This document shows, one piece after another, positions 61,131 through 64,000 of a stretch of DNA of 64,000 nt (positions are counted from its first letter, which is position 1; every line of letters starts with the position of its first letter). This stretch comes from Gammaproteobacteria bacterium (GTDB lineage Bacteria; Pseudomonadota; Gammaproteobacteria; JABHGC01), in the NCBI GenBank assembly GCA_027077805.1, contig JALWTS010000020.1, forward strand, positions 33,814 to 97,813, read 5' to 3'. The notes below the pieces were generated by a model, which was not told the DNA's origin, ran no database searches, and worked only from the letters and a program-made list of their open reading frames with translations. The translations under genes were made by a program, and so were the position numbers.

Positions 61131-61733
61131 TTATCCTCCAATAAACTGACTATTCTGAATATCCTGAACAAACTGTTGATAAATTGCGGTGATAGCTTGT
61201 TGATAAGCTAAAATCATACTGTCAAAATCTTGCTGTGATTGAGAAATCGTTTGCTGATAGGCTTTGCTAAAAACCAATTGTTGACTTGGATTAAATACTT
61301 GTAAATTCAAGGCCACCACCACTTTTCTAGCTGGGGTTTTCAATTGTTCAAAGCGTTGAATTTGTCCTTGAATGGTATAAAATTTGACATTTGTAGGACG
61401 AAAATCTACCACAAATTTTGCGACATTTAGCGGTCGCAAATATTGAATTAATTGCTGTTGTAATAAACGTCCAGGGTTCGCCACCCAAGAATGATGGTAA
61501 TAAGTCTGTAATACCACAACTGACTGTTGTGGTGCATATAATAATGCTCGTTGTTGATAAATCGCATGACTAGTAAACGGCAAGACCACTAGGGTATCTA
61601 AGCCTAAATTATATGTTTTGTTTGCTGGGGTTAACACCAAATCATAAAATTTAGGCTTGCTTATAGATTGAGAACTACAACCTATTATTAGCCATACGCC
61701 CATAATTGCAATAATTGTCGTAATGACTCTCAA
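61131..61733 (-). CDS. ABC-type transport auxiliary lipoprotein (DUF330/PqiC-YmbA-like)
   Basis: Lipobox LIIGCSS; ~200 aa; 4-nt overlap with the upstream MCE gene. Confidence 0.55.
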   Translation of the reverse strand: MRVITTIIAIMGVWLIIGCSSQSISKPKFYDLVLTPANKTYNLGLDTLVVLPFTSHAIYQQRALLYAPQQSVVVLQTYYHHSWVANPGRLLQQQLIQYLRPLNVAKFVVDFRPTNVKFYTIQGQIQRFEQLKTPARKVVVALNLQVFNPSQQLVFSKAYQQTISQSQQDFDSMILAYQQAITAIYQQFVQDIQNSQFIGG

Positions 61734-62758
61734 GGCTGATCTTCCAATGTTTGTTGTTGTAGTAATAAACTAGGATTATAACGAATTTGCTGACTAAATT
61801 CGTTAATATTTTGGCTAGCAGATTGTAAATTACCTGCAATATTATCTAAATAAAGATTCATACTTTTCAAAGTTTGATTCAGTTGCCGGGTTGATTGTGA
61901 AATATTGCTTTTATTATCAGCCACTAATTGATTGGATTGTTTTAATAATTGATCTAATAATTGCTGACTTGATTGTAATTGTTGTGATAATTGTTGAAAA
62001 TTAGCACTGCTTTGTTCAATATGTTGTAATGATGTTTCAATGCTATCCAAATTTTCAGATTGCAATAAACGCTTAATTTGCTGACTACCTTGCTTAATAT
62101 TATTACCCGCTTTAAGCAAATCCACTAAAATCTCTTGGTTAACAGTCGTTGTCATTTGTTCAATATTAGTCAAAATTTTTGGGGTTGATCGATTCAATTG
62201 GGATAGTAAATGATCCACTCCTTGCTGCACATTAGCCAATAATGGTTGTATCGTTTCTCGGGTTAATGCCCCCACATCTTGCGCAACGGAACTAAAGGTA
62301 TGAATCAAATCTACCAACTCCTGCCCTTGAATCTCTTGCCCTGCTTGCAGATAAGTAGGACTTTTACCTTCTTCAATATTAATAGTAATGGTTGACAATA
62401 ACCCAGAAGCCGTAATATATGCAATACTATCACTAGGAATCTTCCAATCAGCCCGCACACTGATATTAACCCGATATTTTATTGCTTGTGATGGTTGTTG
62501 CTGTTGCACTTGACTCCCCGAACAACGACCTGAATCGACTTCCCAAAAAGGGCAAATTTCTTCAACCTGACCAATCTGAAAGCCTTGATAACTAATCGGA
62601 GTGCCATATTTTAAGCCTGTTACATTTTGGTAATAAGCATAATAATAAGCGACCTTACCTTGATGATGAGTAATTTTGGCAACTACCCACAAAAAAGTAA
62701 GCAAAATAAGCAAAACAAAGCTCCCGACTAAAAGGTAATTAACATTATCTCGTTTCAT
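61730..62758 (-). CDS. MCE-domain protein (MlaD/PqiB-like) with long Q-rich coiled-coil tail
   Basis: N-terminal TM anchor; MCE domain (GLKYGTPISYQGFQIGQVEEI); C-terminal ~180-aa helical Q/L-rich region. Confidence 0.65.
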   Translation of the reverse strand: MKRDNVNYLLVGSFVLLILLTFLWVVAKITHHQGKVAYYYAYYQNVTGLKYGTPISYQGFQIGQVEEICPFWEVDSGRCSGSQVQQQQPSQAIKYRVNISVRADWKIPSDSIAYITASGLLSTITINIEEGKSPTYLQAGQEIQGQELVDLIHTFSSVAQDVGALTRETIQPLLANVQQGVDHLLSQLNRSTPKILTNIEQMTTTVNQEILVDLLKAGNNIKQGSQQIKRLLQSENLDSIETSLQHIEQSSANFQQLSQQLQSSQQLLDQLLKQSNQLVADNKSNISQSTRQLNQTLKSMNLYLDNIAGNLQSASQNINEFSQQIRYNPSLLLQQQTLEDQP

Positions 62759-62966
62759 GGTAGAATTCTAGCTTACATTAATTGATATTAAGTCATTTTA
62801 TATGATTATGAGGGGATAAGCTAAAATAAAATTGACAAGTGAAAACTTTTTCGCTTCAATCTAAAAAAAAAATAATTTAGAATTAGGATTTTTAAAAAAA
62901 TAGACTACCCTTAACTACATAGCTTTGAAAAACATGATATGTTGGGGATTTACTTAGGAGCAAAAT

Positions 62967-63986
62967 ATGACAGTCAGTAGAGCGTTGGTTGTAGATGATT
63001 CTAAAACAGCACGTCTCACCTTAAAAAAACAACTGGAAAAACGTGAAATTAACGTTGACCTCGCCGAATCAGGTGAAGATGCGATTAGATTTTTGAAAGA
63101 AACCCAAGGCAAACCAGATATTATCTTTATGGACATTATGATGCCGGGGATTGATGGGCTTGAAGCAACTAAAACAATTTCCAGTGATCCTGCGACAGCT
63201 AGCATCCCTATTATTATGTGTACCTCTAAAGATGATGAAAAATCCAGAAATGCGGCTAGAGATAGTGGTGCAAGAGGATTTGCCGTTAAACCGATTAAAG
63301 GAACTGACCTAGAAAATTCCCTTAAAGTTGCCTCGGGTGAATTAGGTGCAACGCCAGAACCTGTAGTTTCAAGCCCAACGGCAACCCCCGCATCGACCGT
63401 CGCTCCAACGGCCACTGCCTCAGGTGAATTACCTGCCAGCGTACAAGCCTCAATTCGCCAAGCTGCCGAAAAACTTGCGAAAGAAACCGCTAAGAAGATT
63501 ACCGAACAAGTTGCCAGTGAAATGGCAAAAGAAGTAGCAGAGCAACGCACTAAAGAAGTAGCGGAGGAAATTGCCATTGAAGAAGCGGAAAAACATGCGA
63601 AAACCAAAACCATTGAAGTAGCCAATCAAATTATTGAACGCACGACCCGTCCAGAAATTACCCGCCTAAGCCAAACAATTGTGCAATCGGAGTTGAATAA
63701 AGCGAAAGCCAGCATTGCTCAAGAACTGGAAAAAGCAGTACAGTCCTATGTGCAATCCCCTAATGTTGCGACTGAAATTCAAAAAATGATCCAACAAAAA
63801 GCAACCTCATCTGCGATTATGGTGGTTAAAAAATCCACGTCTGAAATTGAAGCAAAAGCTCAGAAAATTGCCAATGAAAGTGCCCAAAATGCTACCTCGG
63901 GTTTAAGTAAACTTATTTATGGTTTAGGTGGCGGTTTAGTTTTAGTCCTAATTTTGGTCGTACTAGTCATACTGAAAGTGCTATAA
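62967..63986 (+). CDS. CheY-like receiver protein with charged coiled-coil linker and C-terminal TM anchor
   Basis: REC domain (ALVVDDSKTARL...FMDIMMPGIDGLE...KP); a ~170-aa A/E/K-rich helical region with KEVAE/EIA repeats; terminal hydrophobic helix LVLVLILVVLVILKVL; AGGAG SD upstream. Confidence 0.7.
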   Translation: MTVSRALVVDDSKTARLTLKKQLEKREINVDLAESGEDAIRFLKETQGKPDIIFMDIMMPGIDGLEATKTISSDPATASIPIIMCTSKDDEKSRNAARDSGARGFAVKPIKGTDLENSLKVASGELGATPEPVVSSPTATPASTVAPTATASGELPASVQASIRQAAEKLAKETAKKITEQVASEMAKEVAEQRTKEVAEEIAIEEAEKHAKTKTIEVANQIIERTTRPEITRLSQTIVQSELNKAKASIAQELEKAVQSYVQSPNVATEIQKMIQQKATSSAIMVVKKSTSEIEAKAQKIANESAQNATSGLSKLIYGLGGGLVLVLILVVLVILKVL

Positions 63987-64000
63987 ATCACTCGTGCAAT

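Overview
The window looks like part of a low-GC gammaproteobacterial chromosome with unusually Q-rich proteins. It is mostly chromosomal genes with a large surface-appendage accessory block in the middle.

From the 5' end the supportable genes are: ung; a transmembrane Hanks-type Ser/Thr kinase; a PilZ/PAS-histidine kinase/FixJ-LuxR two-component unit; a YyaL-type thioredoxin-domain protein; lgt; a secreted esterase; a long ThyX-like protein; nrdB-nrdA; wrbA; small lipoprotein and membrane genes; a yihY-family gene; an SH3 protein; an orphan ABC ATPase; argF-argD; a cusCBA heavy-metal RND efflux operon; asnB-like; grxD; rnt; and mlaA.

The centre of the window (34.5-48.0 kb, minus strand) holds two tandem complete type IV pilus minor-pilin operons (fimT/U-pilV-pilW-pilX-pilY1-[pilY2]-pilE). 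Their PilY1 proteins differ in size (966 and 1237 aa), and both carry an N-terminal vWA/MIDAS motif and a C-terminal EF-hand-like Ca loop. This is the most striking feature and a candidate for two alternative pilus-tip adhesin modules.

Downstream are thiO, a tRNA-Arg(CCT), a tail-anchored hypothetical protein, a chaperone-usher fimbrial locus, ampD-ampE, hisBHAFIE, tatABC, an orphan MCE/DUF330 pair and a receiver-domain protein with a C-terminal membrane anchor. The fimbrial locus is preceded by a 50-bp tandem repeat carrying two near-consensus CRP-type sites. Its chaperone gene sits on the opposite strand, apparently translationally coupled to ampE.

Several rho-independent terminators, a palindromic hairpin family that flanks the cus operon, and a few candidate small ORFs are also noted. 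I saw no CRISPR array, IS element, integrase or rRNA.
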